Below the pieces are notes generated by a model. It had not been told where the DNA came from. It saw only the letters and a list, made by a program, of their open reading frames with translations, and searched no databases. Below are positions 1 to 13,928 of a DNA stretch of 64,000 nt, in pieces; the stretch's first letter is position 1; every line of letters begins with the position of its first letter. The position numbers and the translations under genes were made by a program. Origin of the DNA: Centroscyllium fabricii (lineage: Eukaryota); contig JBNRSN020000006.1 in assembly GCA_051313645.2 (NCBI GenBank), positions 294,562,001 to 294,626,000 on the forward strand, in the 5' to 3' direction.

Positions 1-308
1 GAAAAATGGCCGCCCGGCACCCCCCCTTTTTTAATAGCGTTGGCCTGGCTGCAACTGCGCCCCCCTGACCCTGTCGGTGACAGTGCCCGGTCCTAAGTCA
101 GGGGGCGCGACTGAAGTTCGCGGCCGGGGCGTGAGCAAGGCGCTGCGCACAGCGATAACATCATCGCTGGCGGCCCAGCGCCCCGCTGAATATCACTGGA
201 GGTTCCAGCCCAGGCGCTAGGTGTCTTGCGCCCCATTAGCAGCCCTCTTAGGGTGCTAACGGCTGGCGCAAGCCACTCAATTTTTCCCCCCATGTTATTT
301 AAAAAATA

Positions 309-1020
309 CAGGTTGAAGTTCGTTAATCCGGCACCCGAAAAACCGGCAGCTTCAGTCGTTCGGCACAGATTTTCCCGACTGCCCGGCGCATGCGCAGACA
401 ATTCAAAATGGCCACCGTCGGGGCTGGGCTTCCCTTTCACCTAACATATACTCACTGGATCCCGGCTTAGTGACCACCCCGATGCCGATGGTGAATCCCA
501 GGCCCAGAAAATGAGCTGTTTCCGCCTTTCGTGAGCCGGGCTTGAGCCGCGCATTGGGCCTCAGGCCCGCTGGAGCCATGCAGCCCGCTCCCTGATCCGC
601 AGTAGAATCGATGGCTGCGTGCTGACGTCCCCGTGTTCCGAAGCTGGCGTGCGGTGGCGTCACGTGAGCCAGTCTTGAGCCGCGCATTGGGCCTCAGGCC
701 CGCTGAAGCCGTGCAGCCCGCTCCCTGATCCGCCATGGGCAGCAGAATCGAGTGCGTCCTGTGAGTTCCACCCGACCCTAGGGCCGAAAATTACCTTCTA
801 CGTACCGGCGGCGCATGCGTAGAGCATTAAAAATTTTGCGGTGGCTATTTTGAATGCTCTGTGCATGCGCCGGCGAGCGCATGCGCAGAGTATTCAAAAT
901 TTTGCGGTGGCCATCTTGAATGCTCTGCGCATGCTCCGCCGAAGCTTCAATCATTCGGCGTTTTCAATCATTCGGCACGGTGCTGGCCCCGACCCTGCCG
1001 GATTAACGAACTTCAACCTG
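309..1020. mobile_element. Tigger/pogo-type MITE
   Basis: Perfect 25-bp TIR CAGGTTGAAGTTCGTTAATCCGGCA, TA on both flanks, no transposase; internal direct (~540-600/675-735) and inverted (~810-940) repeats. Confidence 0.85.
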
Positions 1021-1813
1021 TAATGTAAAGTTATTGTTCATTTCATTTTTAAAACCTTATTTATTCAGTGGATACAAACCCGGGCTCCACTCCCTGTGCA
1101 GAGCCTCACTAGCTGGGAGCATGGCTAGATCACTCATCATCAGAGGTCGATTCTGCCACCTGTTGTTCCACCTAGCAAGGCTCGATGGATTTGCCATAAC
1201 CTCGGCAATGAAACAAGTTCGAGTGCCCAACTGACATATGCAGTGGTTGCACTCTCCTAGGCATATGCAGAAGCCACTGTTTGTCCTTATAATATTAGTG
1301 TATGTACAAACCTGAAGTACTGATTTTGCTAAAGGATAAATTGAGATGACACTGGAAGTTGAGCAGACAACAGTGAGCTGACATACATTTGTCAATTGTC
1401 AACTGAGATCAATTTTAGGAGTAGCTTTAGAAATTGGATAATTCATCTTTTGTACTGTGTTGGAATTAGTCTAATTAATCTGTTTCGCAGTGTGGAGTTT
1501 TAAAAGGTTTTCCCCTTATGAATCAAGAAATCAAATGGAATTCAGAAGAAACTTCTCAATCATATAGGGAATTCAAAAGAAACTTCTTTACCCAGAGAGT
1601 GGTGAGAATGTGGAACTCACTACCAGAGTGAGTGGTTGAGGCGAATAGTATAGATACATTTAAGGGGAGGCTAGACAAGCCTAGTTGATTTTGATTTTTA
1701 TTATATTGCCATATGTAACTGGTACAATGGAATGCTTACTCCCCACTCACTCCCACAATATAAGTATAAATATAAAAAGCAGAAGTAAAAACAAGTATAC
1801 ATGTAGACATAAT

Positions 1814-3573
1814 GGCCCAGAAATTGCAGTGGAGCCTTTCATGCGGGTGCAGTGCTGCTTAACGCACTTTAATCAATTCAATTCAAGTTTTATTGTCATT
1901 GCAGAGTACTAGTACAATACAACGAGACGAAGACTCGACGCTCCCGAGAGTAGTGCAAATAAATTACATGCAAATTGCATACAGTAAAGTACATTATCAG
2001 GCGTGCAGCTACCGGAGTTTATTTATAGAGTTCAGGAGGCTGACAGCCCTGGGGAAGAAGCTATTCTTAAATCTAGTCGTGCGGGTGCGAATTGATCTGT
2101 AGCGTCTCCCGGAGGGCAGGGGGGCGAACAGACTGTGGCTGGGGTGTGTGGGGGCTTTAATAATGTTCAGAGACCTCCGTAAGCAGCGTTTGAGGTAGAT
2201 GCTTTCCATTGACGGTAGCTGGGTACCGGTGATACGTTGGGCAGTTTTGACTACCCGCTGCAGGGTTTTCCGGTCCGAGATAGTGCAATTTCCATACCAG
2301 ACAGTGATGCAGCTTGTCAGTATGCTTTCTATTGTGCAGCGATAGAAGTTGGAGAGGATGCCGGATGACAGCCTGGCTTTCTTCAGCTTCCTTAGGAAGT
2401 ACAGGTGCTGTTGGGCCTTCTTAACCAGAGAGGAGGTGTTTAGTGACCAGGAGAGATCTTCTGAGATGTGGACCCCGAGGAACTTGAAGCTGGACACCCT
2501 TTCCACCTCAGCCCCTTGGATGAAGATGGGGGTGTGTCTTCTGCTTCCAGTCCTCCGGAAGTCTACTTTGATCTCCTTAGTTTTCTTGGTGTTCAGTGCC
2601 ATTTGTTGTTGGCCCACCAACCCACAAGGCGCTGGATCTCATCCCTGTAGGCTGACTCGTCGTTGTTGGTGATCTGGCCAACCACCGTGGTGTCATCTGC
2701 AAACTTGATGATCGTGTTGGAGCCATGGACAGCCGCACAGTCGTGAGTGAAGAGGGAGTAGAGGAGGGGGCTCAGCACACAACCTTGTGGGGCCCCCGTG
2801 TTCAGGGTAAGGGGGGGGAGGTGAGGTTGCCTAACTTCACAGACTGTGGTCTGTTGGTTAGGAAGTCCAGGGTCCAGTTTAATTGCCCATATTCAGTTTT
2901 GCTTTTTTGCACTGAGAAATTCCCATTAGCCCTGCCTGTCAGAGCTCCGTGCGAGTTCTGAACGGCATAATTAGTGCGAAGTGGCTTTTGAGACCAGCTG
3001 ATTGGCAGGGAGCCAATCAGTGGAAGCAATTCTCCGTTCAAAACTTCCACAGAGAAATCTGTGCGAGTCTTGAAAAGGGAGAATCTCAAAAGACACCTTA
3101 ACACAAAAATTAAATTTTACAAACACCACATTTTTTAAACATTACCCCAACTAACACAAATAACCTATTTTAAAGAAAAAATAAAAATTTGCAGAATTTT
3201 TTTTTCACTTCCAACAGGTCTAAAAAAATACTTACCTGTCTTTAAAGTTATCAACAATTAAAAACCTGAAAAACAACAATTAAAATCAATAAAATACACA
3301 CTTACCAGATGAAAACGGGTGTTAACGACTGCTTTTTCCCAGCGTTGATTTTTCTCCTCTTGCTCCGTAGAAAAAGTTAAAAACAACAGTGGAAAGTCTG
3401 GGCGGTCCTGTAGTTCGCAGCTTCCTGCGGTGGACCTCGCAGGAAGCACTGACTCCCCCGCTGGGCGGCACAGGAAAGCCTGAAGCGTGCGCACCGGCAG
3501 CTTCCTGCGGGTTTAAGCTCTGGTGCGCTCGCAGAGCTTAAACTCGATATGCGATGACGGGAATTTCTGGGCC
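1814..3573. mobile_element. MITE (TIR GGCCCAGAAATT) split by a Rex-like LINE
   Basis: Ends GGCCCAGAAATT...AATTTCTGGGCC; colinear with the uninterrupted copy at 55865-56628. Confidence 0.8.
1871..2878 (-). mobile_element. Rex1/Babar-clade LINE, 5'-truncated
   Basis: LSPLLYSLFTHDC...KFADDTTVVG and FYRCTIESILT motifs; (TTGAA)n tail; same family as 58497-59652. Confidence 0.8.
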
Positions 3574-3576
3574 ATT

Positions 3577-5702
3577 AAGCAAATAACAAACAAATAAGCA
3601 AACAAGTGCGATTAGCAGTTCAGTAGGCGCACTGCCTGTGGGTAGAAACTGTTCCTGAACCTGCTGGTCCCGGTTCGGATGCTGCGGTACCGACGGCCGG
3701 ACCGCAGGAGGGAGAACAGATCGTGCCCAGGGTGATTGGGGTCCTGGATGATGGAGTGGGCCTTGTTCCGACACGATGGAAGATCTCATCAATAGACGGA
3801 AGTGCACACCCGATGATCTTTTCAGCCGTCCTCATGACCCTGTGAATGGCTTTCCTGTCCTGTGCAGTGGTGTTACCATACCACACAGTGACACCACCCG
3901 TCAGGACGCGATAAAAGCTCACAAGCCATTGTGTGCTTATGCCGCATTTCCTCAGGCACCATGGAGGGTAGAGGCGCTGGTGTGCTTTCTTCAGCATGGC
4001 CTCAGTGTTGTGGTTCCAGGTCAGGCCATCGGAGATCTGCCGACCCAGGAATCAGCAGCAACTGACGACTTCCTCCGGTGTCCCGTCTATGATGATTGGT
4101 CGGTGGTTCCCTCGATGGCTTCTGAAGTCCACGATGAGCTCCTTAGTCTTCCTGATGTTCAAGGCAAGGTTGTTATCATTGCACCATCTTATCAGCTGAA
4201 CTATCTCACCCCTGTACTCTGTCTCATCGTCATTGCTAATCAGGGCGATTACTGTGGTGTCATCGTCAAACTATTATCCGGTTGTTGCTATGTCTGGCTG
4301 TACAGTCATTTGTAAACAGAGAGTACAGCCGAGGACTGAGGCAGCAGCCTTGTGGCGCTCTGGTGTTGAGGACCAGAGTGGATGAGGTGTTGTTCCCTAT
4401 TTTCACCACTTGAGGCCTACCAGTCAGGAAATCCAGAATCTAATTGCAGATGGGCTGCCCCAGACCTAGTTCCCTCAGTTTCAGGATCAGCTTGGAGGGA
4501 ACAATGGTGTTAAATGCAGCAGTAAATGAACAACAGTCTGACGTAGGTGTCCCTTCTGTCTAGGTGTTCCAGGACAGTGTGCAGTGTTAGGGAGATGGCA
4601 TCGTCCACAGACCTGTTCGCCCTGTATGCGAACTGGAACGGATCCAAGGAGTCGGGGATGATGCTGTTTGTGTGCCATGACCAGCTTTTCCAGGCACTTC
4701 ATAGCTATGGATGTTAGAGCCATGGGTCGATAGTCATCGAGACCTGTTACCTTGGTGGTCTTGGGTAACGGCACAATGGTTGTCTCTTTGAAGCACACTG
4801 GTACGACAGACTGCTGCAGTGAGATGTTAAAAATGTCTGTGAACACAGGAGCCAGCTGGTCCGCGCAGGTCTTGAAGACGCTGGGTGGAACCCCGTCTGG
4901 GCCGGCTGCCTTTCGTGCCTTCACCCTCCTGAAGGTTCTCCAGACCTCGGACTCAGTCAGCTGTAGTATGTAATCCTCTGGGTGACTAGGGGTTTTTATG
5001 ACCGGCTCAGTGTTCTCCCTATCAAAGCGAGCATAGAAGGTGTTCAGTTCGTCTGGTAGGGAGGGATCGGTGTTGCTGACACCTGCTAATCTTTCCTTGT
5101 AGTTGGTGATGGCCCTCAGTCCTTGCCACATGCGTCTGGCGTTGGAATCCCCACCGTACTGGGACTCCAGTTTGTTCTTGAAGTCTCTTTTTGCTGTTTT
5201 GATCGTCCTTTTAAGGTCATACTTGGCCTTCTTGTAGACTTCGCTCTTCCCTGATTTAAAGGCGATACATCGTTCTCTCAGTTTGTTATGGATGTCTGAA
5301 TTCATCCATGGTTTGCAGTTGGGAAATGAACACACAGTGTTAGTAGGAATGCATTCATCCACCAGCTTGTTGATGTATCCAGTGCCTTGGCCTGCATACA
5401 CATCCAGGTCTGGGTTCTTGAAAACACTCCAGTCCGTTATTTCCAGCCCACCCTGCAGTTTTAGTTCGTTGTCCGCTGTCCAGATTCGCACTGTTTTCAC
5501 TGTTGCAACTGTGTTCTTTAACTTCTGTTTGTAAACAGGAAGTAGGAGCACAGAGGCGTGGTCTGATTTTCCGAAGCCCAGCCGAGCAATGGCACGGAAG
5601 GCGTGTTGTATTGTTGTGTAACAGTGATCTAGAGTTTTTCCGTTTCTTGTCGGACAGGAGATGTGTTGGAAGTATTTTGGCATAACTTTCTTTAGGTTGC
5701 AG
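3577..5702 (-). mobile_element. Rex1/Babar-clade LINE (EN C-terminus plus RT), frameshifted
   Basis: ORF 4487-5683 with TLDHCY, SDH, KAAGPDG and DYRPMALTS; C-terminal fragments 3620-3997. Confidence 0.8.
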
Positions 5703-8700
5703 TATGAGGGAGAAAGGAATAGAGGGTTATGCTGATAGAGTTAGAAGAGTTAGATGAGGAAAGGCGGGAGGAGGCTCGAGTGGAGCACAAACGCCGGCAC
5801 GGACTGGTTGGGCCGAATGGCCTGTTGCTATGCTGTATGTCATATGTAATTCTAGGAATGAACCTTTGTGTGCTGACTTATCCAATCAAGACAAAGATGA
5901 TGATCAATCAGTCAGATAGAGTTTTTGCTGAGGTAGGACTGGATAATTTACTTCACTTATAAACTAATTATTCCAAACTCATAATTGTCTTTGATTACCT
6001 TGCATACTGCTCCCACTATAGTCCTTAACTCTTATCCCACTACATGTCGCTTTTGACGGTGCATTCAAATGGGGCTTTCAGCTGAAGCCTCAAACTCTCA
6101 TGTAAATGGTGTGCAGCATCCTGAGAGATGAGGACTACAAAAGTGTTTTCTGGGAAACTGGGCAGACAATACTGAATTGACTGTGACAAAGATGAAGGTT
6201 TTTGCTTGTGTTTAAAGAAACGTGGAATAAGTGTACATACAGTCTTATTTGAAATTTATTATTCTAGTAATAAAAAAAGTAAATTATATTTTAAACTTTT
6301 AAATCTCTGTCCATCTGGAAACATCAATAAAGACTTTTGATTGCAAGAATCGCAGCAAATTGCCAAATTTGAAATTGTTTCAGTGCCTTTTAAATAAATT
6401 CAGTTCATTGATGTATTTTGTTTCAAGTTGGGATGAGCTGATAAAGTGTGATGCTGCTCAGAATTACTTTCTCTCTTAGAAAGGACATGCACTATACAAT
6501 TACTGAGTTTGGCAAAACTACACCCAGCTATTTGCACACTGGTCCCTTAGGTGCATGCCCACCGGAACAGGCCACTCCTAAAGAAGCCATCTCGCACTAT
6601 AACAAACCCAATGTGAACTATAAGTAAGTGTTCTATTGAAGGTCCAGTTCAGAAAATGTACTGTCTGCTTTCACATTTAAAAGGCAGCTCATGCGCTCCA
6701 TCACAATATTAACACGGGGTGACAGTGCAGATTCGTATTCCAATGCTATAGCAGTCTCACCACTTGCTAAACATAGAGATCTAAAATAAATTGTGCTGTA
6801 CATAAACCTTTGAAGACTTCAATATCATTTAAGCACTAGTCACATCCAAAGTAATTTAAAATGGGAGTGCTTCTATTTTATTCAGAATTGAGGTTACACA
6901 GAGCCATGCCCCATGTGCCTGTGCTGCAGTGTTGTGTTCTGCATTATATTTTTTTAAGAATGTGTTTTTAGCTTGTTTTTCCAAAAAGTGATGAAAACAT
7001 GCTACTTTCTCAGTGATTAACACCAACAGCAAAGATCATACGGTTTTGTGAGGCTTTCAGTTGTAACAACTGTCATGGTGGCTTTAGAGTTCGGAAGGTG
7101 GAAACCACAAACTACTGATCGATCAATACTGTGTATTGCAAAGTGCTCTGCGTGTTAATGATGGCTTTAGCACATTGGCGAGACTTCTCTTTCGAGGGAA
7201 GCTACATAAGTACATGAGGGAGAAAGGAATCGAAGGATATGTTGCTAGGGTGAGATGAAGTAGGGTGGGAGGAGGCTCGTGTGGAGCATGAACACCAGCC
7301 TGGACCAGTTGGGCCGAATGGCCTGTTTCTGTGCTGGACATTATATGTAATTCTACCCCCCCTTATAAAACAAGCATAGTATCTATCTCATCAAAGTATT
7401 AGTGATATTTGTTCTATTTTGACGAATAGTGTGAACTGTCCTGATTTCTAATTTGAGAACAAGTCAAGCTTAGATATATCATTAAAAAAAATGTTACTGA
7501 CAACTAAATTCTTGTATTGCTCTGAAAATGCAGTTATCAAATTTCAACGGAATGAATTGCAAAGAATCACTCCTTGAGTTAACAAAACTCTTAAGTTATT
7601 CAAAAACAGAACAATTTGCATTTATATAGCGCCATTTGACGTCGTAAAACTTCCCAAGGCGCTTCACGGGAGCATAATCTGTCAAAAATTGACAAAACAG
7701 AACAGTAATTCAGAAGACTTTCTGCATTCATTGAAACTATAGGGGAAATGTCACTTCCAGCAGGGAGTTGAGGTGAGCGCGTACAAAGTGCGGTTTGGAG
7801 AGAAGAGGCTATAATGTTAGCACTATCTTCGATCCACATTCTCTGCAAGCATTGACTCCTGACTTGGGATCATGGACTTACCCCTTACATTGCCTTTCCA
7901 TGTTATCTGGTCCGTCAGATCATTGTACAGGGTGACATTGAACTTAATGATATTGTCACTTAACTCAGGTACCACAGTTATTCAGGATATTAAACAAGCA
8001 AATATGGTCAAATAAATTGCATTTATTTGTTGCTCCGCACTGTTGAACTCTATGTGGCATGTTTTACTGTGCCTACAATTGTGGAGAATAAGCTTCAGCT
8101 AATAACTGATCAAAAAGCGGATTCCAATGTATCACTGTATAATCTGCTTTAACAGTGCATCAAAATGCCAGGCCAAAATCCAACAATTTAACTTATTTTC
8201 TGTGAACTGTTTTGGATATTCATGTCTATTCTGTGTGAGCTACTGACAGTCTAACATGCATTCTAATGAAAACTGAATACTCTTGGCATGTCTTAATTAT
8301 CACTCCGCATAGTACTGTGAAATTAAGTTAATGCTCCTCTTATACTAGCCTTTCACATCAACACTTTCCACAAGCTGCCACGAATAAAAGTCTGCTCATA
8401 CATCTCGACTCTCCAGCGCCCTGCTGCCTTTTCTTGTGTCCATAGCAGTGAGACTCCCACATGTCTTGGATCATTGTTCCAACTGATGCATTTGAGGAGA
8501 AGCTGGATAAACACGTGAGGGAGAAAGGAATAGAGGGTTCTGCTGAAAGGTGGGATGAAGAAAGGTGGGAGGAGGCTCGTGTGGAGCATAAAACATCCTC
8601 ATGGACCAGTTGGGCCAAATGGCCTATTTCTGTGCAGTACATTCTATGCAAAGTAATTGTGATGGTGTAGTATTGTGCTGGCAGCCAGCAGAACTCCTGT

Positions 8701-8766
8701 CCACACGCTTACCTTCTGCTGCCTTATCAACTTCTGTTCTGATTTCATCAGAATGAAAATTGCCAA

Positions 8767-9140
8767 TAGAAACATAGAAGATAGGAGCAGGAGTAGGCTA
8801 TTCGGCCCTTCGAGCCTGCTCCGCCATTCAATGAGATCATGGCTGATCATCCAAACCCAGCACCCCGCCCCAGCCCTCTCCCCATATCCCTCGATCCCCA
8901 TCCTATCCCCGTAACCCCACATATTCAAATCCCCTAACACTAAGGGTCAATTTATCCTGGCCAATCAACCTAACCCGCACATCTTTGGACTGTGGGAGGA
9001 AACCGGAGCACCCGGAGGAAACCCACGCAGACACGGGGATAATGTGCAAACTCCACAGATAGTCACCCGAGGCCGGATTTGAACCCGGGTCTCTAGTGCT
9101 GTGAGGCAACAGTGCTAACCACTATGCCACCGTGCCGCCC
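8767..9140 (-). mobile_element. HE1-like V-SINE
   Basis: tRNA-like head GGGCGGCACGGTGGC..GGTTCAAATCC, V-domain GTGTGGAGTTTGCAC..GGGTTTCCTCCGGGTGCTCCGGTTTCCTCCCAC, CR1-type tail with (TTTCTATG)n. Confidence 0.9.
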
Positions 9141-10099
9141 AATAGTCCAAAGCAAAGTGGCAGTTGACTTCCAATCCAAATACATGTGTCTAACTGCACC
9201 TCAAATGAATGCAGATGTTTAGAATTTCAGCAGGTGCATGTGTGAAATGTATTACTGGCCTCCATAAGAATTAGGAGCAGGAGTCGGCCATACGGCCCCT
9301 CGCGCCTGCTCTGCCATTCAATAAGATCATGACTGATCTTTGCCCTCAACTCCACTTTCCTGCCCGATCTGCATATCCCTTGATTCCCCGAGAGTCCAAG
9401 GGGTCAATTTTCCTCGAGGTGTGGGGAATTGGTGGGTTTTCCACGGGTCACATTTTCTTCCCGTTTTCTAAAGGGTTTGGGAGATCCACGCAATTAAATC
9501 CCTACATGTGGGAACCCTTGCCACTGGACTTTCCAGACAGAAAGCCAGCGGGGTTTCGGCTGTTTAAAGAGCAGAGCCCATTAGCCTAGTGAAACCACAG
9601 AGGTTGAGTGATAGCTGCTGTTGGTTTCGATGGATTGTGAAAGAGCTTTGTGACATCACAAAGCATTGTGAAACCACAGAGGTTGAGTGACAGTTGTAGT
9701 TTTTCTCAATGGCTGCCTGCTCCAGAGCTACTGAAGAGCGATCTGTCAAACCAGCTACAAGGTGAGTTTGTGAAAGTTTTTTTCTCACTGATCTTGTGCA
9801 CCCTAGGGATACAGTTAGTCCTCATGCAGGCTGGAGCCCAGGGACGACTTCTGCTGCAGCTGCTTGAATGATGGTCAGCAAGTCACTCGTGTCCCCGCCA
9901 GGTTTCAACGCCGTGGTTCCCACCAAGCGTGTTTAGCATAGGAAAAGGCTCAAGTTAGCAAGGGGCCCTTAAAATGGCATTAAACATGCCAATTAAGGGC
10001 CCTTAATGAGCCTAACGACCATCCCCGCAGGTGGCGGGTGGGACTGAAACGGGCCGATCAGACCCGCCGGGCTGAAACTCACAACTGGCGGGAGGGTTC

Positions 10100-11403
10100 G
10101 GGGAGGATGCCGAGAAACTCCAGTATGATTTGGACAGGTTGGGTGATTGGGCAGAAGCATGGTAGATGCAGTATAACGTGGACAAATGCGAGGTTATCCA
10201 CTTTGGTGTCAAAAGCAAGAAGGCAGATTATTTGAACGGCAATAGATTGGGAGAAGGGGAAGTGCAACGAAAGCTGGGCACCCTTGTGCACCAGTCGATG
10301 AAGGTAAGCATGCAGGTGCAGCAGGCAGTTAAGAAGGCAAATGGTATGTTGGCCTTTGTAGCGAGAGGGTTTGAGTACAGGATCAAGGATGTCTTGCTGC
10401 AGTTGTACAGGGCTTTGGTGAGACCACATCTTGAGTATTGCGTACAGTTTTGGTCGCCTTACCTGAAGAAGGTTGTTCTTGCCATGGAAGGAGTGCAGCG
10501 AAGATTCACCAGGCTGATACCTGGGATGGCAGGAATGATGTTATGAGGAGAGATTGGGTCGATTGGGCTTGGACTCGCTAGAGTTTAGAAGAATGAGAGG
10601 GGATCTCATTGAAACTTATAAAATTCTAACAGGACTGGACAGACTAGATGCAGGAAGGATGTTCCCGATGGTGGGGGAGTCCAGAACCAGGGGTCACAGG
10701 CTAAGAATAAGGAGTAAACCATTTAGGACAGAGATGAGGAGGAATTTCTTTACCCAGAGAGTGGTGAACCTGTGGAATTCTCTGCCACAGAAGGCAGTAG
10801 AGGCCAATTCATTAAAGATATTCAAGAAGGAGTTGGATATACAGTCAAACCTGTACAGGAAGGCCACTCAAGGGAAACGCAAAAAGTGGCCTTTATGGAT
10901 AGGTGGCCTTTCTATACAGGTTGGCGGGAGGGGTCGGGACGCCCCCCCCCCCCCCCCCCCGCTTTCGCGATTTTTAAGCCCACCCCACTGGAAACGCGCC
11001 CTCATAGCCCTCCAAATTTTAAAAATATATTTTATGTTGATTAACACTGACCGCTGTGTGCGGTCGGAAACTGATTGAGGGATACAAAACGGGTGGCCGC
11101 TGGTCACGTTGAACAGGTGGTCGTTGTGTACAGGGCTTATAATACAGTATTTCTCTGCAGGGGAAACCGATGTGGCCGCTATGAACAGGTGGCCATTCTG
11201 CAGAGGTGGCCACGAACACAGTTTTGACTATTAAGGCTGAAGGGATATGGGGACAAAGCAGGGACGGGGACTGTATTGTGTTTGCTCACTCTGCAATGAC
11301 AATAAATTGAATCTAAATCTAAATCTAAAATTTGGATGAACAGCCATGATCACATTGAATGGCGGAGCAGGCGCAAGGGGCTCCTATCTTCTTTGTTTCT
11401 ATG
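10100..11403 (+). mobile_element. CR1 ORF2 3' fragment
   Basis: [15 protein letters not shown] and FFTQRVVNLWNSLP motifs. Confidence 0.9.
10842..11230. mobile_element. Tigger-like MITE inside CR1
   Basis: TA-CAGTCAAACCTGT...ACAGTTTTGACTA imperfect TIR; CR1 resumes afterwards. Confidence 0.65.
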
Positions 11404-12747
11404 ATCCCCCGTTTCCGTGATTTTGCCTCCCCGGCCGCCGAAAAAGCCGCCTGTCGTCGCAATGAAAATTGACCCCCAAAACTCTATCGACCTTAGTCTT
11501 GAAAATACTCAATGACTGAGTAGCAACAACCCTCGGGTAGAGAATTCCAAAGATTCACAACCCTTTGAGTGAAGAAATTACTCCTCATCTCAGTCTTAAA
11601 TGGCCGACCCCTTATCCTGAGACTATGCCCCCTGGTTCTAGACTCTCCAGCCAGGGGGAAACAACCGCTCAACCTCTACCCTGTCAATCCCCCTCAGAAT
11701 CTTACATCTTTCAAGCGATCAGAACATCTGCACATTTCTAGAGTTAATTCCTCCCGGTGATGGTGCGTTTCATTTATTCTGCTATCCATGCACGAGAACT
11801 TTATAACTCCCAAATATATAACTCTCTCCCAAATAAACAATCATAACCCATTGTCGCCAGTTATCAGCCACTCCTACTGACTTGAATTAGTAAATGTATC
11901 TATCCGTGGTGTTGTCAATCTTCAAATCTAAATGTTGGATTATTTAAATAATTGGTTATGGCTTGTGTTATTTTAAGTTAAAAAAATGATATGGAATATT
12001 TTGAATTTCACGTGGTCATTTCCTTAGTATGGACACTAACTTATTTTATGATGTGTATTTTCCTATATGTCAGAATAAAGCAAATCAATATCTACAGCAG
12101 TTGGGTGTTTTTTGATGTTTATATTTTAAGCGTTTTCAAATGGCAGCTTACGGATTCTAATCACTAACTCAGAAAATTGAGCCTATGGTTCAAATCTATG
12201 CCAGAAAATGTATCAATTTATTAACTATTTCAATTAACACAGATGGACAGAACCAAACTGAGTTTCAGGCATCAGGTTAGAATATAACATGCAAATGTTA
12301 CTGGTCGCTGCCTTTGTAGTGTTCAAGATACAGATGGAAACCAATGTTGTGTTTAGTTTTATTTCCCTTTTCCAGTTTTCTGTCTGACTGGCTCAATTTA
12401 CCCCACCTCTTTTCTTGAAGGCAATGCCTTATGATGGCTACAGTCCCGTAGTCAACCGCAGTTCTTGTGAACCTGCTCAGTATAGGCTGTTCAACTCCAA
12501 GGCCATTACAAGTAAGTCAGGCCTTGTTCTTAACCAGTTTTTAAACATTCACATTTGCAGCAGGGCTCCCAGAGACAGCTATCCGGAGAAATTGGCACTT
12601 TCTTTCCCTTCCCGGCACAGAGGCCAGTTGCTTAACTCCCACTGCTACATTGACTAAGATTATCTCATCGAAAACAGACCAAGTAACAAACATCCTTCTT
12701 GATCAATAAGTGTCAGCCTTGGCTCAGTTGGTAGAACTCTCGACTCT

Positions 12748-13928
12748 GGGGGGAGATTTTCCTGGAGGTGCGGGGATTGATTGGGGCAGGTTCCTGTCCC
12801 GCCCGGCCAAGGGCCTGGGAAGCCGACGCTATTTTAGTTTAATTGCTCTATTTAATCCCCGCATGCGGGGTGCCCCTGGTAATTGCCGCAGTCGAGTCAC
12901 CAATTACATAGAAACATAGAAACTAGGAGCAGGAGTAGGCCATTCGGCCCTTCGAGCCTGCTCCGCCATTCAATGAGATCATGGCTGATCATCCAAACCC
13001 AGTATCCCGCCCCTGCCCTCTCCCCATATTGCTCGATCCCTATCGAGCCTGCATCAACACATATCCCACCCTATCCCCGCATATTTAATCCCCCTAACAC
13101 TAAAGGTCAATTTATCCTGGCCAATCAACCTAACCCGCACATCTTTGGACTGTGGGAGGAAACCGGAGCACCCGGAGGAAACCCACGCAGACACGGGGAG
13201 AATGTGCAAACTCCACACAGATAGTACCCGAGGCTGGATTTGAACCCGGGTCTCCAGTGCTGTGAGGCAACAATGCTAACCACTGTGCCACCGTGCCGCC
13301 CTAGTGGTACAGAGCTCAAACTGCATTCTAGCAGGTTGTGAGACAGCTACGGGGACCCTGTGTTTATAGTTCACATGGAAACACTCCATTGTGACATCTC
13401 AGTGGAGTGGAACCAATGGGAAAGGCCAAGTGCTCTGAGTGACAGGTGGGCGAGCGGGCTGCAAATCTTTGACAGCTAGGCACCCGCCGTCACTGCAGCT
13501 GTCAGTGGAGCTTGAAAGGTAAGATTTCTAAGCTTTTCCCCACAGCTGGTCTTCACCCAAGGGAGTGACTTACTCCTCCAGGGTGTTGAAGGCCTGGGAA
13601 GCATTTTGCTCCAGGTTCTTCAACACCTTGAAGGAGAAAGTTAGGAAGACCACTGTACTCCCACTGGTGGTTTTAGGATGGCGGGGTTAGGGTGGGAAGG
13701 GGTTGAAAATTGCTAGTGGCATTACAGATGCCAATTAAGTGCCCTTAATGAGCTGAACAACCATCCCCACCGGCCGCCGGCGAGAAAGATTCGGGGCGGG
13801 GAGACAGGGCAGCGGAAAATGCAAAAGCAATGGGGATCCGTCGGGAGGGGTCGGGACCCACCGGTTCCGCTATTTTGCCGTCCGACCCACCGAAAACCCC
13901 GCCTCACGGGGACATGAAACTTTTTGCC
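12748..13928. mobile_element. Harbinger-like MITE containing a V-SINE
   Basis: 3-bp TSD TCT, degenerate G-rich TIR; host SINE rejoins cleanly. Confidence 0.6.
12907..13300 (-). mobile_element. HE1-like V-SINE
   Basis: Near-identical to the other copies. Confidence 0.9.

Larger units (their letters stand above)
9400..11476. mobile_element. PIF/Harbinger-like MITE containing a CR1 fragment
   Basis: TIR GGGGTCAATTTTC/GAAAATTGACCCC, 3-bp TSD CAA. Confidence 0.7.
9265..11700 (-). mobile_element. CR1 3' end interrupted by nested insertions
   Basis: Tail 9265-9399 joins 11477-11700 across a CAA duplication. Confidence 0.75.

Noticed and set aside
3225-3312. Strong minus-strand splice donors (GGTAAGT)
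   Set aside because: Internal to a multicopy MITE (repeated near 56280-56362); no host exon supported
8903-9140. tRNA genes and recurring ~70-100 aa ORFs
   Set aside because: These are tRNA-derived SINE heads and SINE translations repeated about ten times in the window
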